Source of the DNA: Candidatus Omnitrophota bacterium
GTDB lineage: Bacteria; Omnitrophota; Gorgyraeia; Zapsychrales; Fredricksoniimonadaceae
Length of the DNA: 64,000 nucleotides
Direction of reading: 5' to 3'
Assembly: GCA_903860135.1 (NCBI GenBank)
Contig: CAIOPG010000016.1
Coordinates: 2,674 to 66,673 of the forward strand
Shown here: in pieces, positions 18,203-26,518 of the stretch
Layout: every line of letters starts with the position of its first letter
Position numbering within the stretch: the stretch's first letter is position 1
Made by a program: the position numbers and the translations under genes
Notes under the pieces: model-generated
Told to the model about the DNA's origin: nothing
Databases searched by the model: none
What the model saw: the letters and a program-made list of their open reading frames with translations, nothing else

Positions 18203-19108
18203 TTAGACATCCTTGATATTCTTCTGCAATACCGGAATCTCTATCCCCTCGGCCTTGAAGGCCGCGATCATCCTGCGGTTGATGTCAAAACGGACATCCC
18301 AGTAATTTTTCTGCGGGCACCACAACCGCGCAAAAACATTAATCCCTAGGTCCGTAAAATCCGTAATCCCGACCTGCGGCGGCTTATCCGCGGCCACATG
18401 CGGATTACTGCGGACAATGCCTTCAAGGAGATGGATCGCCCTGTCCACATCAGCCCGGTAACTGACCAGGACCGAGACATCCACGCGCTTGCAATTTGAA
18501 TAGTTATGGATGACCTCTCCAACAATATGCTTGTTAGGGATAACCACCGTCTCATTATCCAACGTTGAAATAACGGTACAGGAAAGTTTCATGTCCACGA
18601 CTTCTCCGACGACACCAGCCACCTCGATGATCTCGCCGACCTTGAAAGGCTTTGTGAAGATAAGCGTCGCGCCGGAAGCATAATTCGACAACGGCCCCTG
18701 AAGCGCAAAGCTCGTACCAAACCCCACCACAGAAATGCCGGCGATAAATGGCGCAATCTCAATACCGAACTTACTGAGTGCCACCACAAGGGCGAACAGC
18801 ATAATGACCAGACGGATCGCCCCTGCCATGAATTTTGATACGGTGATATCCACCTGCCGGTCATCAAAATATTTCTGCGCCCCGCGCGCGGCATATTGCG
18901 CGATGAACCATCCCAGCGCAAGAACAACACATCCGCCAAGCACCTGAAACGCATACTTGACCACATACAGCATGACCATATGCAGGACTTCTTGAACCGC
19001 CCCCAAATGCTCTTGTGCCACAGTTCCAGCCAGTCCGGCTGTCTCCGCCGCCGATGCCGACGCAATAGAAAATAAAAATCCCGATAAACACAATAAAACA
19101 CGCGACAT
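18203..19108 (-). CDS. mscS: Small-conductance mechanosensitive channel
   Basis: FALQGPLSNYASG...KPFKVGE...IPN; AGGAGG RBS before ATG 19108. Confidence 0.9.
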   Translation of the reverse strand: MSRVLLCLSGFLFSIASASAAETAGLAGTVAQEHLGAVQEVLHMVMLYVVKYAFQVLGGCVVLALGWFIAQYAARGAQKYFDDRQVDITVSKFMAGAIRLVIMLFALVVALSKFGIEIAPFIAGISVVGFGTSFALQGPLSNYASGATLIFTKPFKVGEIIEVAGVVGEVVDMKLSCTVISTLDNETVVIPNKHIVGEVIHNYSNCKRVDVSVLVSYRADVDRAIHLLEGIVRSNPHVAADKPPQVGITDFTDLGINVFARLWCPQKNYWDVRFDINRRMIAAFKAEGIEIPVLQKNIKDV

Positions 19109-19266
19109 GATCAACGACCTCCTGTTAAATATACACAAACAACCCGAACCTCCTGCTTTAATCGCACATCATTAAAGCATGGAGGTCCGGTCGTTACAAG
19201 ATAAAAGAAACAGACATACTGCGCACCGATCAATTTACACAGCGGACGAATGGCGCTCTCCTTACG

Positions 19267-19956
19267 TTATTGAACGATATCCCCTTTAAGAGATACCGTA
19301 TACCCCTTGATGGCAAGGCTCTTGCCCGAACGCTTGAGCGCCTCTTTCACGATCGCCACCGTTGCTCCACAACAAGGCACTTCCATCCGCAGCACAGTCA
19401 CAGACCTGATGTTATTCAGATGAAAAATATCCCCGAGTTTCACCGCATATTCTTCCGTGTCCTCATCGAGCTTTGGGCAGAAAATAACCAACACCTTCCC
19501 CTTCAGGAACGCCTGATGGAAATCCCCATGAGCAAACGCCACACAATCCGCGCTCACGACCAGATCAGCATCTTGGAAGAATGGCGCCGAAGGGCTAAGC
19601 AAACGCAACTGCACCGGCCACTGCCTTAACGCCGAAGTTGACGGGCTGTGTGCCTCTGCCGAAGCGCACGGTGCCTCCTGCCTGAAATCCTGCGTCAGGC
19701 TCCCCGGGCATCCACACGGTAACATTTCATGATGCACAGGCTCCGGCGCAACAAAGTCGCCAGCCTCACGCTCCTCCAGAGAAATAGCCCCCTGCGGGCA
19801 CTCTCCCAAACATGCCCCCAACCCATCGCACAAAGCGTCCCCGACCAAGCGCGCCTTTCCCCCGATGATCCTGATCGCCCCTTCATGGCACGAAGGGATG
19901 CACGCGCCGCAACCATTGCATTTAACCTCGTCGATCTTTACGATTTTTCTACGCAT
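19267..19956 (-). CDS. 4Fe-4S ferredoxin-domain protein
   Basis: CNGCGAC...CDGLGACLGECP; WPVQL, CPKLD, MEVPCC. Confidence 0.88.
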   Translation of the reverse strand: MRRKIVKIDEVKCNGCGACIPSCHEGAIRIIGGKARLVGDALCDGLGACLGECPQGAISLEEREAGDFVAPEPVHHEMLPCGCPGSLTQDFRQEAPCASAEAHSPSTSALRQWPVQLRLLSPSAPFFQDADLVVSADCVAFAHGDFHQAFLKGKVLVIFCPKLDEDTEEYAVKLGDIFHLNNIRSVTVLRMEVPCCGATVAIVKEALKRSGKSLAIKGYTVSLKGDIVQ

Positions 19957-20006
19957 AACACTCCTTAGTAATAGGATGATATAGGTATCGTTAATGTATA
20001 AAAAAA

Positions 20007-20408
20007 TTATTTCTTCATCAAATCCGCTAGCGTTACCCCTTTTAACCGATCCACCAACATTTTCTCCGCGGCCTTAAGTTCCCGGCGCAAAGGACACACC
20101 GCCACGCACGAACAAATTTTCTTCTGGAAAAGGCAGTCACTGAGCGACAAATCCCCCTGAAAGATCCGCATCAGCTCGATGAGCCGTATCTTCGCCGGCG
20201 GCAACGCAAGGGTAAATCCCCCCTTATACCCTTTGACCGACACCAGATACCCCTCCTTCTGCAACTGCTGAAGGATCTTGCGCATAAAAGGCCTGGGCAA
20301 TTTCAAGTCGCGGTGAATATCCGCCGTCGAAACCCTCTGCCCCCTGCGCCCCCCCATATAAAGAAGCGCCCGTGCCGCGTAGTCTGTGTTACGTGTCAGA
20401 AGGTTCAT
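20007..20408 (-). CDS. Rrf2-family transcriptional regulator
   Basis: TDYA.RAL, S.KG..GGF, C-terminal Cys cluster. Confidence 0.9.
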   Translation of the reverse strand: MNLLTRNTDYAARALLYMGGRRGQRVSTADIHRDLKLPRPFMRKILQQLQKEGYLVSVKGYKGGFTLALPPAKIRLIELMRIFQGDLSLSDCLFQKKICSCVAVCPLRRELKAAEKMLVDRLKGVTLADLMKK

Positions 20409-20412
20409 GCAA

Positions 20413-20442
20413 TAATGATACCACCACTGTATCATTAGTCAA
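20413..20442 (-). promoter_or_regulatory. Promoter with overlapping palindromic operator for the Rrf2 gene
   Basis: Minus strand TTGACT-16bp-TATCAT-6bp-ATG; TAATGATAC-N7-GTATCATTA palindrome. Confidence 0.65.
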
Positions 20443-20462
20443 GAAAAAAACACATCTGCCTG

Positions 20463-20882
20463 CTATACCACCGTTGCAACCCTTAATACCCGTGCCGCCG
20501 CAAGAAGTGCCTTGTCATACGTAAATAGCGGCACGCCCATTTCTATCGCCAAAGAAAGATAGGCCGCGTCATAAATGGTCAACTTATGTTCTTTGGCCAG
20601 ATCAAACGCGGCAAGGCTATCGATAAAATAATTGCGCGGATTTCTTATAACAACATGATAATGCCGTATGACATCAAAAATGGCCTGCTGTGTTTCCAGC
20701 GCTAGCCTGCCTCTGCGGAAAGAATTCAACACAATATTGAGCATTTCATATTCAAATATCACCGGAGCGAACAAGTGGAACTGATGCATGTTCTTAATCA
20801 CATGCTGATACGCTGAAGAATCTTCATCCGACAAAAACCATGATGCCGCCACACTAGCATCTATGACCGCTTCACTTTTCAT
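20463..20882 (-). CDS. vapC: VapC/PIN toxin
   Basis: VIDAS, YDAAYL.LA, TYD. Confidence 0.9.
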   Translation of the reverse strand: MKSEAVIDASVAASWFLSDEDSSAYQHVIKNMHQFHLFAPVIFEYEMLNIVLNSFRRGRLALETQQAIFDVIRHYHVVIRNPRNYFIDSLAAFDLAKEHKLTIYDAAYLSLAIEMGVPLFTYDKALLAAARVLRVATVV

Positions 20883-20885
20883 GCG

Positions 20886-21128
20886 CTAAGCCCGCCCTTC
20901 CCGTTTCCAGGCATTAATCTCATCGATTGTTGTTTGCTTAAATGCCTTGCGAATGTCCCTGATCTTAATCATCAGATTCCCCGGCTCATCCAAAGGGTCG
21001 CTCCTGACAGGCACGATCCTCGCCACAGGCACATTATTCTTCAAAATAACATGTTCTTCACCCAACTGGATATTATTGACGATCTGCGACAAATTACTTC
21101 TGGTTTCAAGTATCCCGCTTTGCGTCAT
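20886..21128 (-). CDS. Phd/YefM antitoxin
   Basis: LSQIV...GEE.VI.K...PVARIVP; two TGTACA boxes upstream (21149, 21162). Confidence 0.88.
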   Translation of the reverse strand: MTQSGILETRSNLSQIVNNIQLGEEHVILKNNVPVARIVPVRSDPLDEPGNLMIKIRDIRKAFKQTTIDEINAWKREGRA

Positions 21129-21239
21129 ACGGCACCTCCATTTCTATCTGTACATCTGAAGTGTACAACGACAATCAATCCGTGTCAATGTAATCGAAAG
21201 CCCCCGCGCCAACACGCACTCAACACACCATCATTTGAA

Positions 21240-21335
21240 ATTTCACCTTTATTATCCGGATTATTGCGATCAACATCCCATTGCGCCGGATTGTTGATAA
21301 CATAATCCTGAATCCTGTTTAATTCACATTCATCC
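21240..21335 (-). pseudogene. C-terminal remnant of REP-associated (Y1/HUH) tyrosine transposase
   Basis: DECELNRIQDYVINNPAQWDVDRNNP resembles the RAYT YxxxNP C-terminus; no N-terminal part present. Confidence 0.65.
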
Positions 21336-21359
21336 CCCCTCGCGCAACCGCAATATATT

Positions 21360-21752
21360 TCAGACGACTGACAAAGCGGTGCGGACGGCGTCGAGGAGTT
21401 CTTTGTTGTCCCAGGGTTTTTCGAAGATGCGGTATATTTCGCCGTCATTGAGGATGCGGGGGATTCTGGCGAGATCCAGGTAGCCGGAGATCAGGATCGC
21501 CTGGATGTGGCCATAGCGTGCCTTGACATGATGCAGGAACTCATCACCGGACATGTGCGGCATCCGATGGTCCACAATGATCAGATCGACAGCCCCGGCG
21601 CGGGTTTCGAGGATCGCAAGCCCTTTAAGACCATCTTCAGCTGTCAGGACTTCGTAATGTTCAAACGCCAGGCAACGCTCTAAACTATGCAGGATCCCGG
21701 GCTCATCGTCAACGCACAGGATAACAGGACGCCTCAAGGCACTGGCGGACAT
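21360..21752 (-). CDS. Single-domain response regulator
   Basis: LCVDDE, DHRMP, EKPW; start probably ATG 21752. Confidence 0.9.
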   Translation of the reverse strand: MSASALRRPVILCVDDEPGILHSLERCLAFEHYEVLTAEDGLKGLAILETRAGAVDLIIVDHRMPHMSGDEFLHHVKARYGHIQAILISGYLDLARIPRILNDGEIYRIFEKPWDNKELLDAVRTALSVV

Positions 21753-21756
21753 CGGA

Positions 21757-22188
21757 TCAATACTCCAGATGATCGTCCTTGATCCGCCGGTAATAACAGC
21801 CGAAACGGGTCTGGCCCGAAGCATCCTTGACGTGGCAAGACCCCTTGCCTTTCATCGTCACCAGATAAAGGAGCGAATTCTGTTCACAATTGACCCTGAC
21901 CTCGACGATCTGAAGCTCGTCGCCCGAAGTCTTGCCCTTGATCCATAATTCATGGCGCGAGGTGCTCCAGAAGGTGGCGATACCTGAAGCAAGCGTATGG
22001 CGCAAGGCCGTCTCATTGGCATAAGCCAGGATCAGGACGTCCTTGGTGACCGCATCCTGGACCACAACCGGCACAACCGGTTCCTGGCTCTGCCCGATCT
22101 TGGCCAGCTTGTCAAAATCGATCAGGATATCGGTATTGTTCTCGAGAACAGCGCTGGTCACATTCCCGGCATAATTCTTGCGGTTCAT
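21757..22188 (-). CDS. hisI: Phosphoribosyl-AMP cyclohydrolase
   Basis: FWSTSR.ELW.KG.TSG, NCEQNSL, SCH...CYY. Confidence 0.9.
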   Translation of the reverse strand: MNRKNYAGNVTSAVLENNTDILIDFDKLAKIGQSQEPVVPVVVQDAVTKDVLILAYANETALRHTLASGIATFWSTSRHELWIKGKTSGDELQIVEVRVNCEQNSLLYLVTMKGKGSCHVKDASGQTRFGCYYRRIKDDHLEY

Positions 22189-22197
22189 AAAAACCCC

Positions 22198-23217
22198 TTA
22201 TTTGGCGTAAAGTTTCGCGAATTGGCGCGGCTTTCTGGTCTTCCAGTTGGCATTATGATAGGCATAACTGACGATGAGCGGCAGGACGCTGGTCGCTTCC
22301 GCGTACACCATCTGCTCAAACACCGTGTCCACCTTACCCCACGAGGCCGCTTCCTTGAGCGTCGAACTCGAACAAGCCCCGTCGCGCACATCGGCCACCG
22401 TGATCTGGACCGCATACTTGTGCATCGGGACCTCCACCCCGAGGACCTCGGCGCAAACAACCGTGTCCTGCGCGAAATTCTTGGGTACGCCCCCGCCGAT
22501 CATAAAAAGCCCCGACGTAGCCGACTTCATCTTGATCTGGGTCAGTTCATAGAAATCCTTCACAGAATCGATGGACATATGCGCTGTCGGATGCTTCACC
22601 TGGTGCAGCACAAGCCCGAATCCCGCCGATGAATCACTAAAGGCCGGGCAGAAGATCGGCACACCGTGCTCATACGCCGTCTGGACCAACGAATCCTTCT
22701 TCTTGCCGTTCTTGACAAGGTACTTCCCCATTTCATGGATGAATTCGCGCGACGAATACGGGCGCGGCTCCAGGCTATCAGCGATCACCCCGATAGCACG
22801 GTCGCACACCTGAAGATTGGTCTCGTCGATATAAGTATCATAAATACGGTCGATGTACAGGGAACGGAGGATCTTGTCATCCACATTCGACGCCGCCTTG
22901 TAATGCTTGAACCCCAGCGCCTCAAAGAAATCCATGTCAACAATCGACGCTCCTGTCGCCACGATCGCGTCGATCATGCCGCACTTGACCATGTCGACAT
23001 AAACCTGCATACAGCCGCCCGCCGACGTACTGCCGGCCAGCGTCAGGATATTGGCGCAATGCTTTTCATTGATCATCTTGACCAGGATATCCGTCGCGCG
23101 CGCCGTATCACGGGACGTGAACGACATGCCGCGCATCGCATCAATGATCTTGGTCGCATCAAATGACTTGATGTCCACATGCTTGATAACATCCTTCAAT
23201 AGATCTTTCTTCTTCAT
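22198..23217 (-). CDS. Deoxyhypusine synthase-like protein (probable homospermidine synthase)
   Basis: IDRIYD, GGGVPKN, EAASWGK with the catalytic Lys. Confidence 0.9.
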   Translation of the reverse strand: MKKKDLLKDVIKHVDIKSFDATKIIDAMRGMSFTSRDTARATDILVKMINEKHCANILTLAGSTSAGGCMQVYVDMVKCGMIDAIVATGASIVDMDFFEALGFKHYKAASNVDDKILRSLYIDRIYDTYIDETNLQVCDRAIGVIADSLEPRPYSSREFIHEMGKYLVKNGKKKDSLVQTAYEHGVPIFCPAFSDSSAGFGLVLHQVKHPTAHMSIDSVKDFYELTQIKMKSATSGLFMIGGGVPKNFAQDTVVCAEVLGVEVPMHKYAVQITVADVRDGACSSSTLKEAASWGKVDTVFEQMVYAEATSVLPLIVSYAYHNANWKTRKPRQFAKLYAK

Positions 23218-23320
23218 CGCGTCATCTCTCCTTGTTAAACAGGCTCATGTCCGGGTTAAAATCAAAATCCGCGGCAAAGTTATCCCGCGGATCTGAAAGA
23301 TCAAGGCCGATCACCGGCCC

Positions 23321-23950
23321 TTAACGCACACTCAAAACAGGATAAACATAATTCGAGAAACAGATCGCCACCAGTGCCGTCCCGTATTTCTTTTTCGGGA
23401 TAAAGCTCTCGGTCGTCAGTTTCTCGTCGCGCAATTCATATTCTTCTTCAAACCCGTTCTTGTAAAGGGTCTGAAGGCTCGCATGCAGTTGTTCGCCCGC
23501 TTCCTGCGCCGTCAACGAACCGTTATATTCGCACACCAGCCCGCCGTAACGCTGACGGGTCTTGCGGTTGTAAAGCCAACCGTAAATGATCCCCGCCGTG
23601 GCGCGCACACCCTTTTCCATGCTCGCGCAAGCCATGATCGTCTCGATCACGCAACCGTGCACCAGATCCCTGGGCTTGGGGATCAGGCGGGCAATGCCCG
23701 GCATGATCGACGAATAAGTCATGATATTGTAACGCTCGATGCCGGCATCGCGCAAAGCCAGGTGAAATGAACCCGCATGCACCGTGATGTCGCACTCGCC
23801 CACGCCGCTCGTGACAAAATAATCCTTGGGGATACGGGCGCCAAAAGTAACGGCCTGAAACGGCTTTTCATTAACAAGGCCTTCGGCATCGATCACAATA
23901 TCATCCAGATTGACAGGCGTGCTGACAACAGCATGCGCGGTATTTTTCAT
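23321..23950 (-). CDS. pdaD: Pyruvoyl-dependent arginine decarboxylase
   Basis: SFHLALRDAGI..YN...YSSI.P self-cleavage motif. Confidence 0.88.
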   Translation of the reverse strand: MKNTAHAVVSTPVNLDDIVIDAEGLVNEKPFQAVTFGARIPKDYFVTSGVGECDITVHAGSFHLALRDAGIERYNIMTYSSIMPGIARLIPKPRDLVHGCVIETIMACASMEKGVRATAGIIYGWLYNRKTRQRYGGLVCEYNGSLTAQEAGEQLHASLQTLYKNGFEEEYELRDEKLTTESFIPKKKYGTALVAICFSNYVYPVLSVR

Positions 23951-24188
23951 CTCTCGCTGATCCTTTTTTCCTGTGGTTGACCCATTAAATGCCCCACCCG
24001 ACACAACGGCATACTGAACATGATCCCGAACGGTATTTTATTTTACTTCCCCCGTCGAGAACAGGACAGAATGAAAATGTCCCTGAACGAACCGGAAATG
24101 ATAGATGAAAATTTAACACCAAATGCCACGCAATGCAAATAAAAATTTCATTCCTGACTGAATTTCGCCGGTATGCCGATCAACGCCC

Positions 24189-24341
24189 TCAACAACACTT
24201 CTTGCTCTTGTCCTGGTCTTTGGGATCCGAACCGCAACAGCATGAACCGCAGCTTGATGCCTTCTCGGCCAGTTTCTTGTCCAGCGCTTCAAACATACGC
24301 GCAAAAAAACCCTTTTTCACTTCTTTCTTCTCTGACCCCAT
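24189..24341 (-). CDS. Small Lys/Cys-rich protein (50 aa)
   Basis: GGAGG RBS; SCGSCCCG...KKCC. Confidence 0.6.
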   Translation of the reverse strand: MGSEKKEVKKGFFARMFEALDKKLAEKASSCGSCCCGSDPKDQDKSKKCC

Positions 24342-24431
24342 AAGAACCTCCTGTTTTATTTTCTGATAATCCCAGAAACCTGTTTTATTTTCTACCCTCA
24401 AACGCGAGATTGTGGTAATATTTGTCCCGCT

Positions 24432-24503
24432 GTCCCCTTAGCTTAACGGATAAAGCACAAGCCTCCGAAGCTTGGGATGAGGGTTCGATTCCCCCAGGGG
24501 GCG
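24432..24503 (+). tRNA. tRNA-Arg (anticodon CCG), CCA not encoded
   Basis: Cloverleaf: GTCCCCT/AGGGGGC acceptor, CAAGC-CTCCGAA-GCTTG anticodon arm, GGTTCGATT T loop. Confidence 0.95.
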
Positions 24504-24562
24504 CTTTTTTCATCCACTTTGTTTCTTCTTCCAAAATATAAATGTAACGCCATCGACGATCC

Positions 24563-25609
24563 TCAGGCGGGGATCTGCTGGGAAAGGCAATGGCAGGTCC
24601 CCAGCCCAACGATGATGGCGCTGGCATCAACAGGAACGATCTTGCGCGTCTTAAAGACGCCCGCCAGGGTTCTGATCGCTTCTTGATCTTGCGGACAATT
24701 GAAAACCGGCAACAGGACGATCCCGTTGGCAATATAGAAATTCGCGTAACTGGCCGGCAGACGCTCGTCCTTGCGGTAATAAACAGGCGCGGGCATCGGC
24801 AGCGTCACGATACGCAACGGTTGCCCGTCAAGATCACGAAAACTTTTCAGGTCTGCCAGGTTCCTGGCAAGAACAGCGTGATTATCGTCAGCCTTATTTT
24901 CTTCGACCACCGTGACGATCGTCCGGGCATCGACAAACCGGGCAATATCGTCAATGTGGCCATTGGTATCATCACCGGCAATACCGTCCTTGAGCCAGAG
25001 CACCTTCTTCACCCCCAGCCCGGCACATAGCAGCTTCTCGATCTTGCGCCTAGACAGGGACGGATTTCGATTCTTGTTAAGCAGGCAGGCTTCTGTGGTC
25101 AACAGAAGACCGGTGCCATTGACATCGATCGCGCCACCTTCCATAACCCAGGGAAACGCAAAACATGCCGTACCCAGGAAGTCCGCCATCTGGCGCGCGA
25201 TACGGTTGTCCTTCGCGCACGGGTATTTCCCGCCCCAGGCATTGAAGATCCAGTCCGTGGCAACGATCTTGCCCGTCGTTGCCTCCTTAAGGAAGATGGC
25301 TCCGTGATCACGGCACCAGGCATCATTGGTCGGGAAATGATGATAAAAAACATTCTTCAATGCCTTGCGCCGAACAAGTTTCCGCCGGAGAACCCGCTCC
25401 GTGGCCAGGTCATTGACATTAACGTGCACTTCCTCGACTTTGGCCAGCGCCGCAACCATGTCGGCAAAGCCGTCTTGCGCGCCTTTTAACGCCGTGAAGA
25501 AACTTTTGGGGTTATGTGGATACGAAAGCCATGTGCCCCGGTGAGGCTCCCACTCGGCGGGCATCCGGTAACCACAAGCGCCCAGATCGTGCGGAGGAAA
25601 TTTATTCAT
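24563..25609 (-). CDS. aguA: Agmatine deiminase
   Basis: MPAEWEPH, W.RD.G, EGG, DT.GHID, HCLSQQ; start ATG 25609. Confidence 0.93.
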   Translation of the reverse strand: MNKFPPHDLGACGYRMPAEWEPHRGTWLSYPHNPKSFFTALKGAQDGFADMVAALAKVEEVHVNVNDLATERVLRRKLVRRKALKNVFYHHFPTNDAWCRDHGAIFLKEATTGKIVATDWIFNAWGGKYPCAKDNRIARQMADFLGTACFAFPWVMEGGAIDVNGTGLLLTTEACLLNKNRNPSLSRRKIEKLLCAGLGVKKVLWLKDGIAGDDTNGHIDDIARFVDARTIVTVVEENKADDNHAVLARNLADLKSFRDLDGQPLRIVTLPMPAPVYYRKDERLPASYANFYIANGIVLLPVFNCPQDQEAIRTLAGVFKTRKIVPVDASAIIVGLGTCHCLSQQIPA

Positions 25610-26492
25610 CGGCGTACCGCTTGAGGATATCGCCATAACTGTCAATGCGCCGGTCACGCAAGAACGGCCACTGCACACGCTTGGAAGCAATGACATCCAG
25701 ATCCACAGCGACGACCAGGGCCTCTTCTTTGTCCGGCGACGCGCGTTTGATAATCGTGCCGTAAGGATCCGCCACAAAACTGCCTCCCCAGAATTCAATG
25801 CCCTCTTGACCGCCAGGATCAGCCTCAAAACCAACACGATTAGCCGCCGCCACATAACAGCCGTTGGCAATGGCATGCGACCGCTGGATCGTCTCCCAAG
25901 AGGTCTGCTGGCGTTGCCCATACTCCGCCTTATCCTGCGGCAGCCAGCCGATGGCCGTAGGATAAAAAATGATCTGCGCGCCCAAGAGCGCGGTCACGCG
26001 CGCCGCCTCGGGATACCACTGATCCCAGCAAATGAGGACACCGATAGCCGCATATTTTGTCTTAAACACCTTATAGCCAAGGTCGCCCGGCGCGAAATAG
26101 AACTTTTCATAAAACTGGGGATCATCGGGGATATGCATCTTGCGGTACTTGCCAAGATATTTCCCGTCAGCATCGAGCACCGCCGCCGTATTGTGATAAA
26201 CCCCTTCGGCGCGCTTTTCAAACAGAGATGCCACAATAACAGCCTTATGCGCTTTGGCAAAAACCGACAACTCACGGATCACCGACGCCTTTGCGTCCAC
26301 CGGTTCCGCCAGCTTGAAAAGGTCATATGATTCCTGCTGGCAAAAATACGGCGACTTGAAAAGCTCCTGCGTGCAAATGATTTTCGCGCCACCTTTAACC
26401 GCACGCGCCATCAGGTCAAGCGTTTTGTCGAAGTTCTTTTGCAACGACACAGCCGCCGTTGTCTGAATAAGGGCAATACCAAGTTTGGACAC
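25602..26492 (-). CDS. aguB: N-carbamoylputrescine amidase (CN hydrolase)
   Basis: QELF, YRKMHIPDDP.FYEKFYF, ICWDQWYPE. Confidence 0.93.
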   Translation of the reverse strand: MSKLGIALIQTTAAVSLQKNFDKTLDLMARAVKGGAKIICTQELFKSPYFCQQESYDLFKLAEPVDAKASVIRELSVFAKAHKAVIVASLFEKRAEGVYHNTAAVLDADGKYLGKYRKMHIPDDPQFYEKFYFAPGDLGYKVFKTKYAAIGVLICWDQWYPEAARVTALLGAQIIFYPTAIGWLPQDKAEYGQRQQTSWETIQRSHAIANGCYVAAANRVGFEADPGGQEGIEFWGGSFVADPYGTIIKRASPDKEEALVVAVDLDVIASKRVQWPFLRDRRIDSYGDILKRYADE

Positions 26493-26518
26493 ACAGGCCT
26501 CTTCCGTAGGAAAGGTGA

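Noticed and set aside
21185-21448. 87-aa ORF as an intact gene
   Set aside because: Chimera of an alternative frame of the response regulator and a transposase remnant
24432-24503. tRNA as an integration site or pseudo-tRNA
   Set aside because: No duplicated 3' end or integrase seen nearby; one T-stem mismatch and a non-encoded CCA are tolerated
25610-25921. 104-aa N-terminal extension of aguA
   Set aside because: Overlaps aguB in another frame; family similarity starts at ATG 25609
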